A stretch of DNA of 64,000 nucleotides from Octopus vulgaris. Taxonomy: Eukaryota. Location: the NCBI GenBank assembly GCA_951406725.2, contig OX597822.1, positions 113,956,001-114,020,000 of the forward strand, read 5' to 3'. Every line of letters begins with the position of its first letter. The first letter of the stretch is position 1. A model generated the notes under the pieces. That model ran no database searches. It saw only the letters and a list, made by a program, of their open reading frames with translations, and had not been told where the DNA came from. Positions 44,401-57,000 of the stretch are shown piece after piece. The position numbers and the translations under genes are program-made.

Positions 44401-45322
44401 AGGAAATCCATGAATTCAGGATTATCCTGACTACCAAGAATTAGTGCCCTTCTTTCAGATATATTCTTCAGCCTGTAGATACATGATGTGGGTAGGCATT
44501 TTCATTCTGTGTTGACACTCACAATCACCTTTCAGCAGATTTATAAAAGGGCTGAGCCCTCACCCACCAACTCCCACCTACGAAACTTGAAAAAGTCAAT
44601 GTGGGCCTTTGCTTGTACCATAGCCAACATCTAAGACTCTGCATCCAGCAGGGTAATGGGCCAAAAATTATTGATAATGTTTATTTTACTTAGGTTTTTC
44701 TTTAGCAGTGCAACCACTTCCCAGTCTTCTGCTAGTTGTAATAAGGACCTGTCAGGATCAAAAGGAACAGCAGAAAATGGAGATTTAAAACAGAAACAAT
44801 CTCCAAAATAAGGAATGTTTTGGGAATGATTAAGAAAAGTTGCTTGGAGGTTATAGGCTTCTAGTAAAATTATTCATGTCTTGCAAACAACTTGCACATG
44901 CAAGTGCTACCAGTTAAAACCTCCGTATACCGGAAGCTAACAAGTGTATGGGGTCATCAGGAGAGAATGCGCGCTGTTTCGGGGCCTACCTCTCGACGGC
45001 ATCAATGCGCACCGGCCCCCCTCACTGATATGAGGCCCCGCTTGCTAGATCAGCTGGTTATGAAGAACTCAATATACCTCTAGCCATCGCTCATCATTTC
45101 TTTTTAACCAAATCCAGTGGCTAGCCTTCTCCACTGTAGATTGATTCCCTGTTGTCGCTATTTAATAAAGAATGACCATCAGCACCTCTACATTTTCACC
45201 TCTGGAGTGTCCTGAATGCTGAATCTATATTTATGGACATCTTGAGCCATGGTAGATCAAGAAATCTTATCACAGTAATGTCTAGGATAAATATTTTTTA
45301 TTTATTACACACACACACTGTG

Positions 45323-45374
<52 letters not shown>

Positions 45375-47879
45375 GTGCTTGAGGAGACCTATTGAGTCAA
45401 GTACATCAACATAAAAAAAATCAAATGGAAATTGTAGTTGTGATACCTCTGCCAGTGGCACCTAAAAGAGCACCATCCGTACGTGGCCGATGCCAGCGTC
45501 ACCTTGACTGGCTTCCGTGCTGGTGGCACGTAAAAAGCACCAACCGATTGTGGCCACTGCCAGCCTCGTCTGGCACCTGTGCCAGTGGCATGTAAAAAGC
45601 ACCCACTAGACTCACGGAGTGGTTGGCGTTAGGAAGGGCATCCAGCTGTAGAAACACTGCCAGATCAAGATTGGAGCCTAATGCAGCCTCCTGGCTTCCC
45701 AAACCCCGGTCGAACTGTCCAAGCCATGCTAGCATGGAAAACGGATATTAAACGATGATGATGATGATGATGATATAAAAAAATAGGCGAGTGAAATAAT
45801 AAAAAGATGTGTAACAATGAAGTGTGGGTTAGCCAAACAATATTGCTCGGATGTTTCTATTCTTTATTCATTCACAGCCAGAGTTTATTTAATTGTTTTC
45901 TCCAGAAACTTATAATTCAGAGTTACTATGCAGCTACAAGCTACACCGATGGTCAGATAGGACAGTTACTCACTTCTTTGGACAAAAATGGTTTCGCTGA
46001 CAATACAATCATTTCAATTATTGGAGATCATGGTAAGTTGACACAACTTATAATGCAACTAAGAATTTCTTTGCTATTATCCCATTTCTATTTACATAGA
46101 AATGTAAGCAATAGGATCACATGTGGTCGTGTCGTGTAGGAAATACGATCGCACGTGGTTCTACTCTTAACGAATTATTACAAGCCATAAATACATGCAG
46201 TAACAACAGAACATAAGTGAATTGACGACAAGTCTTGCTGTTGAGATATAAATATTGTTTATTTTACAATCGTGTCAACGTTAGGAGTTTGTAAGCGTTC
46301 GCATGTCTTGTGTCTGTGTGTGGCAGGACAATCAGGGTGAATGCGGCTGGCATAGAAGGTACATGATGGTGGCGATGGGGAAGATAGTAGGCTTTCTATG
46401 ATTGTGTGCATTAGCGTAGCCGGTAGTAGCCGGAACAATCGTATATCGCCTGGTTGAGTAACGCTGTGGCCTAAAGTTAGTTCTTAGAAGAACTGGAACT
46501 AAAAGACGAAAAGTGTCTGAAAACACTCCTTTATATACCTGTTGGTTGGCTCAAACGAGCCTCAAAAAACGGAATCTTAACCAAAGGCCGTGATTGGTTA
46601 TTTCGGGACAGTGGCACGAAATAAGTAGAGACAAATCGCGTCACGTGTCAACCAATCAGGTTAGTGTTTACAACAGGAACTAGTTGGCCAAAGATGGCTG
46701 TAACCTCAAACGAGATCATTTCTTGCCTTGCCTTTCAACAGTGATGATATTAGAAATCGCTATAGTCATATTTCAAAATGGCTGAAACTGCCATGCTACA
46801 GAAATATTTTTATGTCTAAATGCTTGAGATGAGGTGTTGTAATTTAGGTTATAATTTTCTAGACTCATCTTTACAGTCTGAATATTTTCCTGCATTTATA
46901 TCTCTATGTTGTGATTTATTCAGCTAATTTGAAAACACTTTCAATATTGAGATAATTATGAAAATCTAAAGAAATTCAAATTGTTTTTAATGATTTCTAA
47001 TGTTGAAACATTTCTACTTTCCCTTTTTCAGGCTGGGTTCTTGGGGAGCATCAGGCATGGTCTAAATTTTCTAACTTTGAAGAGGCAGTTCGAGTTCCTT
47101 TTATAATGCATATTCCTGGCCTGACTTCAAAACCTTTTGCACCTGGTTTCAATTTTCCCTTTCAAGATTCATTCAAATTTTTTAACAAGTCTCAAACCCT
47201 GAAAAACTCTTTGAACATTAAATCAAACAAACTGAAAAAATTTTCATCTGTTGATGCCATTCTGAGAGGAAATGAATACAGTACGAATGAATCAGAGGAT
47301 GCATTAAATGCCGTTTCTCACAGACAAATTGAGAGGGAATTTGCTGGGCCTTTCATTAAAAACACTCAGTTTGTCAGTAACGTTTTTGTGGAGCTGGTAG
47401 ATTTATTTCCTACGTATGCAGAGCTAGTTGGTTTACCTTTACCTGAGCTATGTCCCCGAAACTCATCATTAATCAAAGTATGTACAGAAGGAGTCAGTTT
47501 AGTAAAAGTAATCAAGGAAACCCTGAAATTGCCCAATCTACCCAACAGTGTCGGCCGACATTGGAAAAAGGCAACTTTCAGTCAGTATCCCCGTCCATCG
47601 GATTTCCCTCAAATGGATAGTTTGTTGCCACATTTAAAGCACATCAAAATCATGGGATATTCAATGAGAACCAACGACTACAGATATACAGAATGGGTAG
47701 GTTTTAATCACACTAGTTTTACTCCTGTATGGGAAGACTTGCATGCAACAGAATTATACTCCTTCGACTCTTCTGACTATAACAGAGCCATAGATCCAAA
47801 ATATGCTTCTTTAGTTAGAGAGTTATCAAAGAAACTTCATGCTGGCTGGAGAGCAGCCTTACCCCAAAATATATATTAA
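35217..47879 (+). CDS. IDS: Iduronate 2-sulfatase (lysosomal sulfatase), spliced, about 612 aa
   Basis: join(35217..35295,37715..37854,39305..39482,40415..40503,41791..42007,43203..43363,45906..46032,47032..47879) = 1839 nt, phase-consistent GT-AG. Signal peptide [17 protein letters not shown]; [12 protein letters not shown]; formylglycine motif CGPSR followed by RRPDTTRLY; GKVFHPG; GYHKPHIP; GDHGW; FSQYPRP; IMGYSMRT. Confidence 0.95.
36400..36730 (+). mobile_element. Possible Penelope-like element 3' remnant with decayed hammerhead (36676-36714)
   Basis: One frame reads IYIREL*LNIRDRG, resembling the C-terminal IYIR..LNRD.G motif of Penelope ORFs. It is followed by AGCC CTAATGA ... AAAA CCAG TT GGTT. 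Confidence 0.3.
37188..37621 (-). mobile_element. Young 5'-truncated non-LTR retrotransposon 3' fragment with 12-bp TSD
   Basis: AGTATCTTGAGT duplicated at 37176-37187 and 37622-37633. The minus strand ends in CAAGTACAAGTAAGT. GC/CpG-rich, with an open frame [21 protein letters not shown]...KIPRGV*. Confidence 0.75.
38711..39116 (-). mobile_element. SINE family A
   Basis: Reverse-complement homologue of 2387-2789. Confidence 0.85.
39643..40313 (-). mobile_element. CR1-type LINE 3' fragment nested in a TTAA-type MITE
   Basis: ORF 39887-40180 is homologous to 8275-8721. The flanks at about 39545-39642 and 40315-40370 are two halves of the MITE seen intact at 29488-29713. Confidence 0.85.
40668..40705 (+). 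ncRNA. Degenerate hammerhead motif, second copy of the same small repeat (about 40640-40795)
   Basis: TCTTT CTGTGGA A AAGC gttg GCTC GAAA TG T T AAAGA. The flank is the reverse-complement homologue of about 47970-48125. Confidence 0.35.
40799..41208 (+). mobile_element. SINE family A
   Basis: Starts GGCGCAGGAGTG; full length. Confidence 0.85.
46103..46800 (-). mobile_element. Solo LTR (698 bp, Gypsy-like 4-bp TSD), antisense in an IDS intron
   Basis: TGTAAGCA...TGCTACA termini with GAAA duplicated at 46099-46102 and 46801-46804. On the minus strand: CCAAT boxes (about 46592, 46651), TATATAAA (about 46530-46537), then AATAAA (about 46258-46263), in LTR order. Confidence 0.75.
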
Positions 47880-48048
47880 AGTGCTAAAAACGTGAGAGCT
47901 GTGAAAAATATGCAAATTCATAGTCATCTTTCATGCCCAATTTACAACCAAGACTAAATATAGTTGAAATTTATAAAAAAACAAAAGACAAAGACAGGTG
48001 TATGAACAACAAGCAAGTGTAATAGTTTGATGCTCAGGAAAATGAAAG

Positions 48049-48086
48049 TCTTTTATGTTTCGAGCATGTGCTCTTCAGCAGAAAGA
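48049..48086 (-). ncRNA. Variant or degenerate minimal hammerhead motif in a small repeat (about 47970-48125) just 3' of the IDS stop
   Basis: Minus strand: TCTTT CTGCTGA A GAGC acat GCTC GAAA CA T A AAAGA. Core position 6 is C instead of A. Confidence 0.45.
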
Positions 48087-48602
48087 AATAAGAGAGAATA
48101 AACAGAGAGAGAATGAAGAAAAAGTTTTTTTATGTTTTGAGCATTAATATATATATATATATATATATATCAATCAATGTTTATTTATTATCCCAAAATA
48201 GGGGATTAAAAGTCATTAGGAAACAGAAGTCATTCTGGATTAATCTTCCTCTCTGCTCCTGTCTAAAAAATCTCACAAAATATTGATCAAAGTTCTGTTC
48301 AGTGGAATCAAACCATTAAAGATATGGCTCCAAAGAATGTATCAAATATATGTCTGTATATATATGAATGCATCAAAACTATATATAACCTTCATTTAAA
48401 CAAATTATATCAAAAAAAATTTTAGAGGTAGCATACTAAAGGTGGCATTTCAAAAACAGCAAGAGGACACCCAGGAGTCACAATGTTTGGCTCCCTTACA
48501 GTGTCAGGAACCAATGACCCCAAAACACTTGCTTGTTGGGTGTTCTTCCTTTAAAGATTTCCCATGTCTTCTCATCCTGTAGTGAGTTTCCGCTTACTCT
48601 GT

Positions 48603-48646
<44 letters not shown>

Positions 48647-49110
48647 ATGTGCTTCATTTGAACAATGTTTATATTTTGTTGTTTAAGCAAATATCAAAAA
48701 AATATTTTAGAGATATCATAATGGAATATGTCTTCTATTTTTGAGAAACTACATGTTTTATGAAAAGTCTTCCAAGTTTAATTTGAAGAATGATACAGTT
48801 TGAAAATGTAACGTAAGAGAATGGATGAAATGAAAGTGACCAAAGTCCAGAAGGAATGAAAATAAAAAATAATCTGAAAAATTGAAATGGATTTCTTTTA
48901 TTCTTTTTTTTTTTTGTTTTTCTACATTTAGTCTTTTTTTTAAATTGGTTTCACTCAATGGACTGCAGCCGTTTTGGGGTAGGATTATGAAGAATATATT
49001 TAGTTATATTGACTTCAATCTGATATTATTGATGAAGCATGATTTTTGAAAGTTGGACCTCATGGAGGCAATGACAAGGGACCGAGAACTTTGGTGATAT
49101 GGTGTGCTTA

Positions 49111-49473
49111 TTCTTTTATTTGTTTCAGTCATTTGACTGCGGCACCGCCTTTAGTTGAGCAAATCGACCCCAGGAATTATTCTTTGTAAGCCTAGTACTT
49201 ATTCTATTGGTCTCTTTTGCCGGACCGGTAAGTTACAGGGACGTAAACACACCAGCATCAGTTGTCAAGTGATGTTGGGGAGACAAACACAGACACACAA
49301 ACATATACATACACACACACACACATATATATATATACGATGGGCTTCTTTCAGGCTTTGGTTGGCCTGAGGCTATAGTAGAAGACACTTGCCCAAAGTG
49401 CCATGCAATGGGACTGAACCCAGAACCATGTGGTTGGTAAGCAAGCTACTTACCACACAGCCACTCCTGTGCC
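49111..49473 (-). mobile_element. SINE family A
   Basis: Reverse-complement homologue with an internal deletion. Confidence 0.8.
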
Positions 49474-50356
49474 TGTCAAGTCAGGTGAGATCATGGTTGT
49501 GTAAAATGCCAGTGTTGTGTAACTCGCACATAAAAATCACTCCTCAAACGTTGGGTGATATGCTGTGCTTGAGAAAACCTGTCAGGCCAAGTGAAATCAT
49601 AGCCGTGGCGGATGCCAGTGCCATCTGACTGGCACCCATGCTGGTGGCGCATAATAAACACCATTCGAGCATGTGACTGATGCCAGTGTTATGTCAGTGG
49701 CACGTAGAAAGCATCCACTACACTCTTGGAGTGGTTGGTGTTAGGAAGAACATCCAGCTGTAGAAACCAGATTGGAACCTAGTGTAGCCCACCCCGCCTG
49801 AGTTTAGCAGTTTTCAGTTAAACCTTCCAACACATGCCAGCATGGAAAACCGACGTTAAATGATGATGAATAGTTGTTACTTTTTGCCAAAAAGGGATAC
49901 AACTAACACATCAGTACACACACATCTACAGAGAATATAATATTCGTATGAAGTTTCCCATCAGCTCTAGGACACACCTAGAATAAGCAAAGAGTTTGCC
50001 ACAGAAGCTGGAGATGAGGATAAATCCAAATTGTGAGGGTTAAATAAAGTTATGAGAGTTCCAGAAGTGCCAGAGTATTTTTCTTACTCTGTCAGTTTGG
50101 CAATTCTAGTAAAAGTGACTGGATAGTGATTTGATAGGTAATGGAGTCACCGTTTTTAATAGGAGAACACTGGCAATTTTCTAATGTTCTGGGAGTAAGA
50201 GTTATTAAAGCAGAATTGTAAAAGAAGCAAAAGTTGGTGCAACAGAAAGAAGCTGTCATGTTTGAGAAACAGATAAGACCAGAAGGGCCATAATTGGGCA
50301 TATTCTTAGAGTGACATTGCAGTATTTCAATTAAATTCAACAGTAATGAAATTCAA

Positions 50357-50698
50357 CTGCATGGCACCTTGGGCAAGTGTCTTCTACTATAGCCTCAGGC
50401 CGACCAAAGCCTTGTGAGTGGATTTGGTAGACGGAAACTGAAAGAAGCCCGTCGTATATATGTATGTGTATATATATGTGTGTGTGTATATGTTTGTATG
50501 TCTGTATTTGTCCCCCCAACATTGCTTGACAACCGATGCTGGTGTGTTTACGTACCCGTAACTCAGCGGTTCGGCAAAAGAGACCGATAGAATAAGTACT
50601 AGGCTTACAAAGAATAAGTCCTGGGGTTGATTTGCTTGACTAAAGGCAGTGCTCCAGCATGGCCACAGTAAAATGACTGAAACAAGTAAAAGAGTAAA
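50357..50698 (+). mobile_element. SINE family A, 5'-truncated
   Basis: Starts at the CORE-like segment; tail intact. Confidence 0.8.
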
Positions 50699-51098
50699 TT
50701 CAACAGATGTTATGAAATTTGGTGAGAGCAGAAGTGAAAATTGTATCTGATGATTTTCAGCAATAAGAATTACTAATTAGTAATACTAATTGCCACTCAG
50801 TTTCCTTCACAGTAGATTTTTTTTCATGTCAGTGCTATTGTCATTTTTAAGTATTTTACAGAACTTTAAGAAACCACTTATTTTTGTATTTAATAAAAAT
50901 GCTTATGGCTTAATTTTTTGCAAATAATTAAAGTAGATTTTGTGAAATATTTTTTCATGAATATCTATTATTTTATAATGAAAAAAAAAAGAGAATATTT
51001 TGTTAATTTATTTTTGCTGTTTATTTTTTCATTGTTTTTGTAGAATTATTTATAATATATTTCAATGTATTCAGTCTCCAGAAATGTTAACTCTTACT

Positions 51099-54000
51099 TT
51101 ATGCAGAATTGTCTTTGTCAGGTGAGCAATGTTTAGGGGGATTATTCGGTTGTTCCTGATTGGATTTTTCACTTCTCATCTTTTCGAGTTCAGTTGTTCG
51201 TTGTTTATCAATGATTTCCATTTCTCGAACTTTCTGCAAATATATTGAACCCAAAGACAGAAAATCAGGATTACTGGAAAAAAATATCAGTTTATTGAAA
51301 CAGAAAATCAGGATTATTAAAACACAAGCCACCATGTGGATATGTGTGTGTTTGTATGTATGGATGTGTCTGTGTATGTATGTATAGTTATATGCTAGTG
51401 TGTATATGCTTGTATGTATTTGTATATGTTTGTGTTTATGCATATAGAAAAGAGGGACAAACATATACTTCACAAACATTTTAGAATCATTGATTTCCAG
51501 AAAAAGAATTGTCAAACATTGCTTACAGAATTTTGGGCAAGAAAAGATCAGTTTCAAAGAAATATGTAATGGATTTATAATCACTTGTGATACAATAACT
51601 ACCTGTGGTATTTCTGACATTGTACCTATGATATATCTCACATAATCGAAATGGTAATGGTTGGTGTTTGGAAGGGCATCCAGCCAAAGAAACCGTGCCA
51701 AATCAGACTGGAGCTTGGTGCAGTTCTCTGGCTTACCAGTTCCAGTCAGGCTGTCTACCCCATGCCAGCATGGAAAGCGGACATTAAATGATGATGATGA
51801 ATTACCTGTGATATTTCTGAATTGGATTGTAGAACTGCAGGTGCTGACACAGTGAATCACCAACTGCAGTACAGAAGTGGAGGGGTCGTTATAAGGGCCA
51901 AATTTTCTACCTTCAGTTTAATGTTGGGTAATGACAAAAAAAGTATGATCGTGAATACATGGGGTTGAGACGGGGTTCCTCAGAATGGTCTCTAGGATAA
52001 TGTTACTTAACAGGGTGCATTGCTTGGAGATCAAGGAATCTCTCCTGGTCAAGCAACAACATCTCTGCATTGAGAGGTCACAGCCCTGGTACTATGGACA
52101 TGAGATTAGAATGTCACAGGAAAACATTGCAAGACAAATTCCTCAAGCTGAGCCAACTGGCAGGAGACTGAGGAGTAGATGAAGAATGAGATGATTGGAT
52201 AACATTCACAGTCTCAGGTGGTCGCTCTTGGGAATCCAGGTGGAAAGTCTAATGACAGTTGCTTCAGATAGTACCTATGGAGGAGGTGTTCAAGAACTCT
52301 ACCTTCAAGACCCTCCCAGGAATAAAGGGCAGAGAAGATGGCTGGATGGAGGGAGGGATTTTTGATGTTATTACCTGTGACTGATATTTCCCACATAATT
52401 ACCTGAGATATTTCAGTTTCTATGATGGTTCGATATTTTTTATCTTGCCCCAAAGTTTTCATTTCCTCAAGGAATGTTCTTCTGTCTTCGATTTCTTGTT
52501 GTACTGTAAAAAAACAAACAGAATATCTATTTTAATGTTTAAGATCAACAGAGCATCTTTCAGTGATGCTGTAGGGAGAAACTTGGAGTAAGAGATTGTT
52601 TGTAGTCATGGTAGAGCTGTTGGTGATGATGGTAAATGAGAAGAGAAAGAGAGAGAGAGAGTAGAAGCCATGAAGAGGTAGTGATGTTTGTTACTGGTGG
52701 TGGTGGTGATGTTGCCATCACTATCACTACCTTGATTATCAAAAGTATACTTTTTTTAATATTTTTTTCATTCCTCGTTAAATGTATTTGGTAAACACTT
52801 CAGTAAATACACCTCATTGCAGTAAACAGTTCAATTTCTATGAAGTGCATTAATGATTTTGAGTTTTGGATACCAGAACCAAACTTAGAGAATTTACTTA
52901 AGACATTCTTATTGTTTTTAACCTTAAAGAGAAACTGCTGTAAAATTAGTTAAAATGACTCCATAGTGATTTAATTTCATTTTTATTGTGCTTTCTTCCA
53001 TTAAAAACACTGAAAACTTAGGTTACATAAATTTTTTAAAATGTAAACTGCAATATATTAACACTAATAATATATTTTAGAGAGATATCATGGAAAACAT
53101 GAATGAGGCATAATTCCCATGGTGGTAATGGTATGATGGGTAGTGGCGTGCAACCAAGAGAATACTCTCCATCAGGCATTTGCCATTTTCTGAACGCCTT
53201 ACTTCCCTGGGCATGGATACATTGAAACTCCGACGTCTGACAGCTGACTTGGCAGACACCCATAAAATTATTAACCATCTTACAAACAATAACTCTGAGC
53301 ACCTTTTCAAACTCCACCTGTCTAACACCCATGGACATGTTTACAAAGTCAGAAAACAGCGCAGCTCCCATGACTTTAGGAAACATTTTTTCACAGTAAG
53401 AGTTGCTGAAGCATGGAACAAACTGCCGGCATCAGTTGTTAGTTGTCAGAGCACTGCATCCTTCAAAACTTCCATGCTTCCTGAGATTCGCCAACACTAC
53501 ACCTGATTTTCTCCCCTCTATACACACACATGCATGTATCTGACTCATACACTGTTCACTTCCCAGACATTTGTACATTACTGCATATGCTTTATACGCA
53601 CTTTTGACAAGTTGTGGTGCACCTGAGCAGTGTATACAATAATTTCGTTATTATTATTATTATTATAACGGTTGTGGTGGTGATGCTGGTGGTATTAGCG
53701 ATGGTGGTGGGTGATGGTAGTGGCAGAGGTGACTTTGTTTCTTTATTGATGATGTAGTGATGTCCATAACTGATGGTGGCAAAAGGTGTTGTTTTGTTGT
53801 GTGTCCCCAGGGTAGTGATTGACTTCATTAGCAACCTTAAACTCTTCTCTCCTCAGGTATTTTTCTATTCCTTATAAAGGTTTTATTGTGAAGAGAAATA
53901 AGTCATGTTTCCTACAGAATGAACAGCCATCAATAATTATTATAATTATACCATATTAATATTTACTAGAAATAAATTACATTGTGTAACACGGATTTTG

Positions 54001-57000
54001 TTCTTGGGCAGCGACTGTTGTTTCTTATTTTCTGACCCCTAGAAAGTATGGAAAATGCTTAGTATTTCCTTCAAACTTTGCTTTTGTTACGTTTATTCAA
54101 ACCCTAAAGAACTCCTCTCAATCGATGGCTATGATCAGAGATGCACATACTGTCAGGAACATGCTCAATTGGTTAAGGTCAAACAACTGAAAAGTAAATC
54201 TGTGGCATTGAGCAGAATATTTTCTAAAATAATATTTCTGCTTCAGCAACTCAGCGCTGAATCATCATTGTCATCGTTTAACGTCTGCTTTCCATGCTAG
54301 CATGGGTTGGACGATTTTGACTGAGGGCTGGCGAACCAGATGGCTGCACCAGGCTCCAGTCTTGATCTGGCAGAGTTTCTACAGCTGGATGCCCTTCCTA
54401 ACGCCAACCACTCCGAGAGTGTAGTGGGTGCTTTTTTACATGCCACTGGCACGGGGGCCAGTCAGGCAGTACTGGCAATGACCTCACTCGAATCTTTTTA
54501 CGCATGCCACCGGCACAGGTGCCAGTTAGGCGACGTTGAATCTGTCTGATATATAATGGAACATAGTTCAGTTTCAAAACATTGATGTCCAGGTGACAAA
54601 AGCAAAGTTTGGATGGAATAGCAGTAATTTCCTTTGATTTCCAGATAGAAGCAAATAGGAAATAACACTGACTAAAGACAAAAAAAATTTTTTTTCTTAC
54701 ACTGTGTTATATTTATGAACAAATCCTTGTTGTACAGTTTAGAATAAACATTTCATACATAATATTCTAATCCTAGAAACGTAGACGCCTTTCCATGTAA
54801 TTTTACAAAATTATGGTGATTTATTTATTTTTGATTTTTTGCCTATCCATTCCAAGAAAAGTTTATAATCTTACGTTCTTCAAAACGGTCAACGTCTTCA
54901 AATTCTTCTTCAATTTTTGGTTTCCTCAAAAGTACCTTTGGACGTGGAATATTTTCCTCTTTACCATAGGTCATTAAATTTGCAAGTTTTTCCTTTTCCT
55001 TTTCAGAGAAGAATTCTTCAAAGAAAATAATAATTAATCAATAACTTTAATGAGTGTAATCTATCAATAGAAATAACAATATCAATTTGTTAATGAGATA
55101 AGTAGAACCATTAGAGCATCAAACAAAATATTGTGCAGTATTTAATTACTGATTTTTAGCTTTTGCATTCAAAACCTGCTAAGGTCAAGATTGTTTTACA
55201 TCCCTCTGGGTTTGATAGGAATGGCAAGCTAGGAGGCTGCACCAGGCTGCAATCTGATCTGGCAAGGTTTCTACAGCTGGATGCCCTTCCTAAAGCCAAC
55301 TACTCCGAGAGTGTAGTGGGTGCTTTTTACATGCCACCGGCACGGATCCAGTCAGGCGGCACTGGCATCAGTCACACTTGAATGGTGCTTTTCACATGTC
55401 ACCAGCACAGGAGCCAGTCAGGTGGCACTGGCATCGACCATGCTTGAATGATGCTTTTTACATGCTATCAGCACAGGAGCCAGTCCAGCGGGACTGGCAT
55501 TGACCACACTCAAATGGTGCTTTTTACGTACCACCGGCATGGGAACCAGTAGATGGCACTGGCATCAGCCATGCACAAAAGGTGCTTTTCACATGCCACC
55601 AGCATGGGTGCCAGTCAGATGGCACTTGCATCATCATCATCATCATCATCATTATTATTATTATTATTATTATTAAGGTAGCAAGCTGATGGAATTGTTA
55701 GCTGCATCAGACAAAATGCTTAGCAGCATTTCATCCACCTTTGCATTCTGGAGTTTAAATGCCGCTGGGGTCGACTTTGTTTTCATCCTTTCAGGGTTAA
55801 TAAAACAAGTACCACTTGAGCACTGGGGGTTGATATAACTGACTAGTCCCCCTCCTCACAAATTCCAGGCTTTGTGCCTACACTAGAAAGGATTATTATT
55901 ATTATGGCAAAAACAGCAACCTGACAGAATTGTTAGTGTGTTGGACAAAATACTAAAAGGTATTTTTTCTAATGCTTTGCATTTTGAATTCAAATGCTGC
56001 CAAGGTTGGCTCTGCCTTTCGTTCTTTCAAAGTTGATAAAATAATTATCAGTTAAGCATTCCTCCTCCCATTAAAATTGCTATCCTTGTGCAAAAATTTG
56101 AAACCATTGACTTTGCCTTTCACTGTTTTGGGATTAGTAAAATATGGTACCGAGGGGCAATGTAATCAAACTTCCTCCCTTCAAAATTGTTGACTAACTC
56201 CTCCCCTTAAAAGTGCTGGCTTTGTGCCAAAATTTGAAACTATTATTCTGGCACCTGTGCAGGTGGCACGTAAAAAGCACCCACTACACTCACGGAGTGG
56301 TTGGCGTTAGGAAGGGCATCCAGCTGTAGAAACATTGCCAGATTAGACTGGAGCCTGGTGCAGCCTTCTGGCTTCCCAGAACCCCGGTCGAACCGTCCAA
56401 CCCATGCTAGCATGGAGAACAGACGTTAAACGACGATGATGATGATTATGGCCGAACTGTAAGCATGCTGGGCAAAGTGCTTAATGGCATTTCATCTGTC
56501 CTTACATTCTGAGTTCAAATTCCACCAAAGTCAACTTTGCCTTTCATCTTTTGGGGGTTGATGAAATAAGTACCAGTTATGCACTGGGGTCAATGTAATC
56601 AACTACCCCACCCCAACAAAATTTCAGGATCACTATTATTATTATTATTGAGTGAGAGAGCAGTGCAAGCCATCAAAGTGACACTGGGGTAAAATATACG
56701 AAGCCCAGTATACCCATCATGACTACCCATCTAATAAGGGTACACTAGGCACATGCATCACAACCATATGCGTGCAACATGATGATCTCATATCAAGATA
56801 AACAGCACATGACCTTGCAGGTGGGGCCCAGTTAGAATTTTCTTCAGTTCGAGTAGCCCATCCCACTTAAAAGGTCCCTGAATAAGGGTTGTTTAAGGAT
56901 ATTGAATGAAATACCCATGTTTCCAAAGGTGAATTATTCAAGCCCCAAAGAATCCTTCTCAACACATGGGTATGATGCCCCACCGCCACTACTTCTGTTC

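Noticed and set aside
51234-51863. 254-aa minus-strand ORF as a single-exon gene
   Set aside because: Only the last 44 codons are the EVG1 terminal exon. The rest runs through intron, microsatellite and an RTE tail.
55330-55630. Regularly spaced 57-bp units resembling a CRISPR array
   Set aside because: Whole units are homologous with no unique spacers, the context is eukaryotic, and no cas genes are present. It is the RTE 3' UTR tandem repeat.
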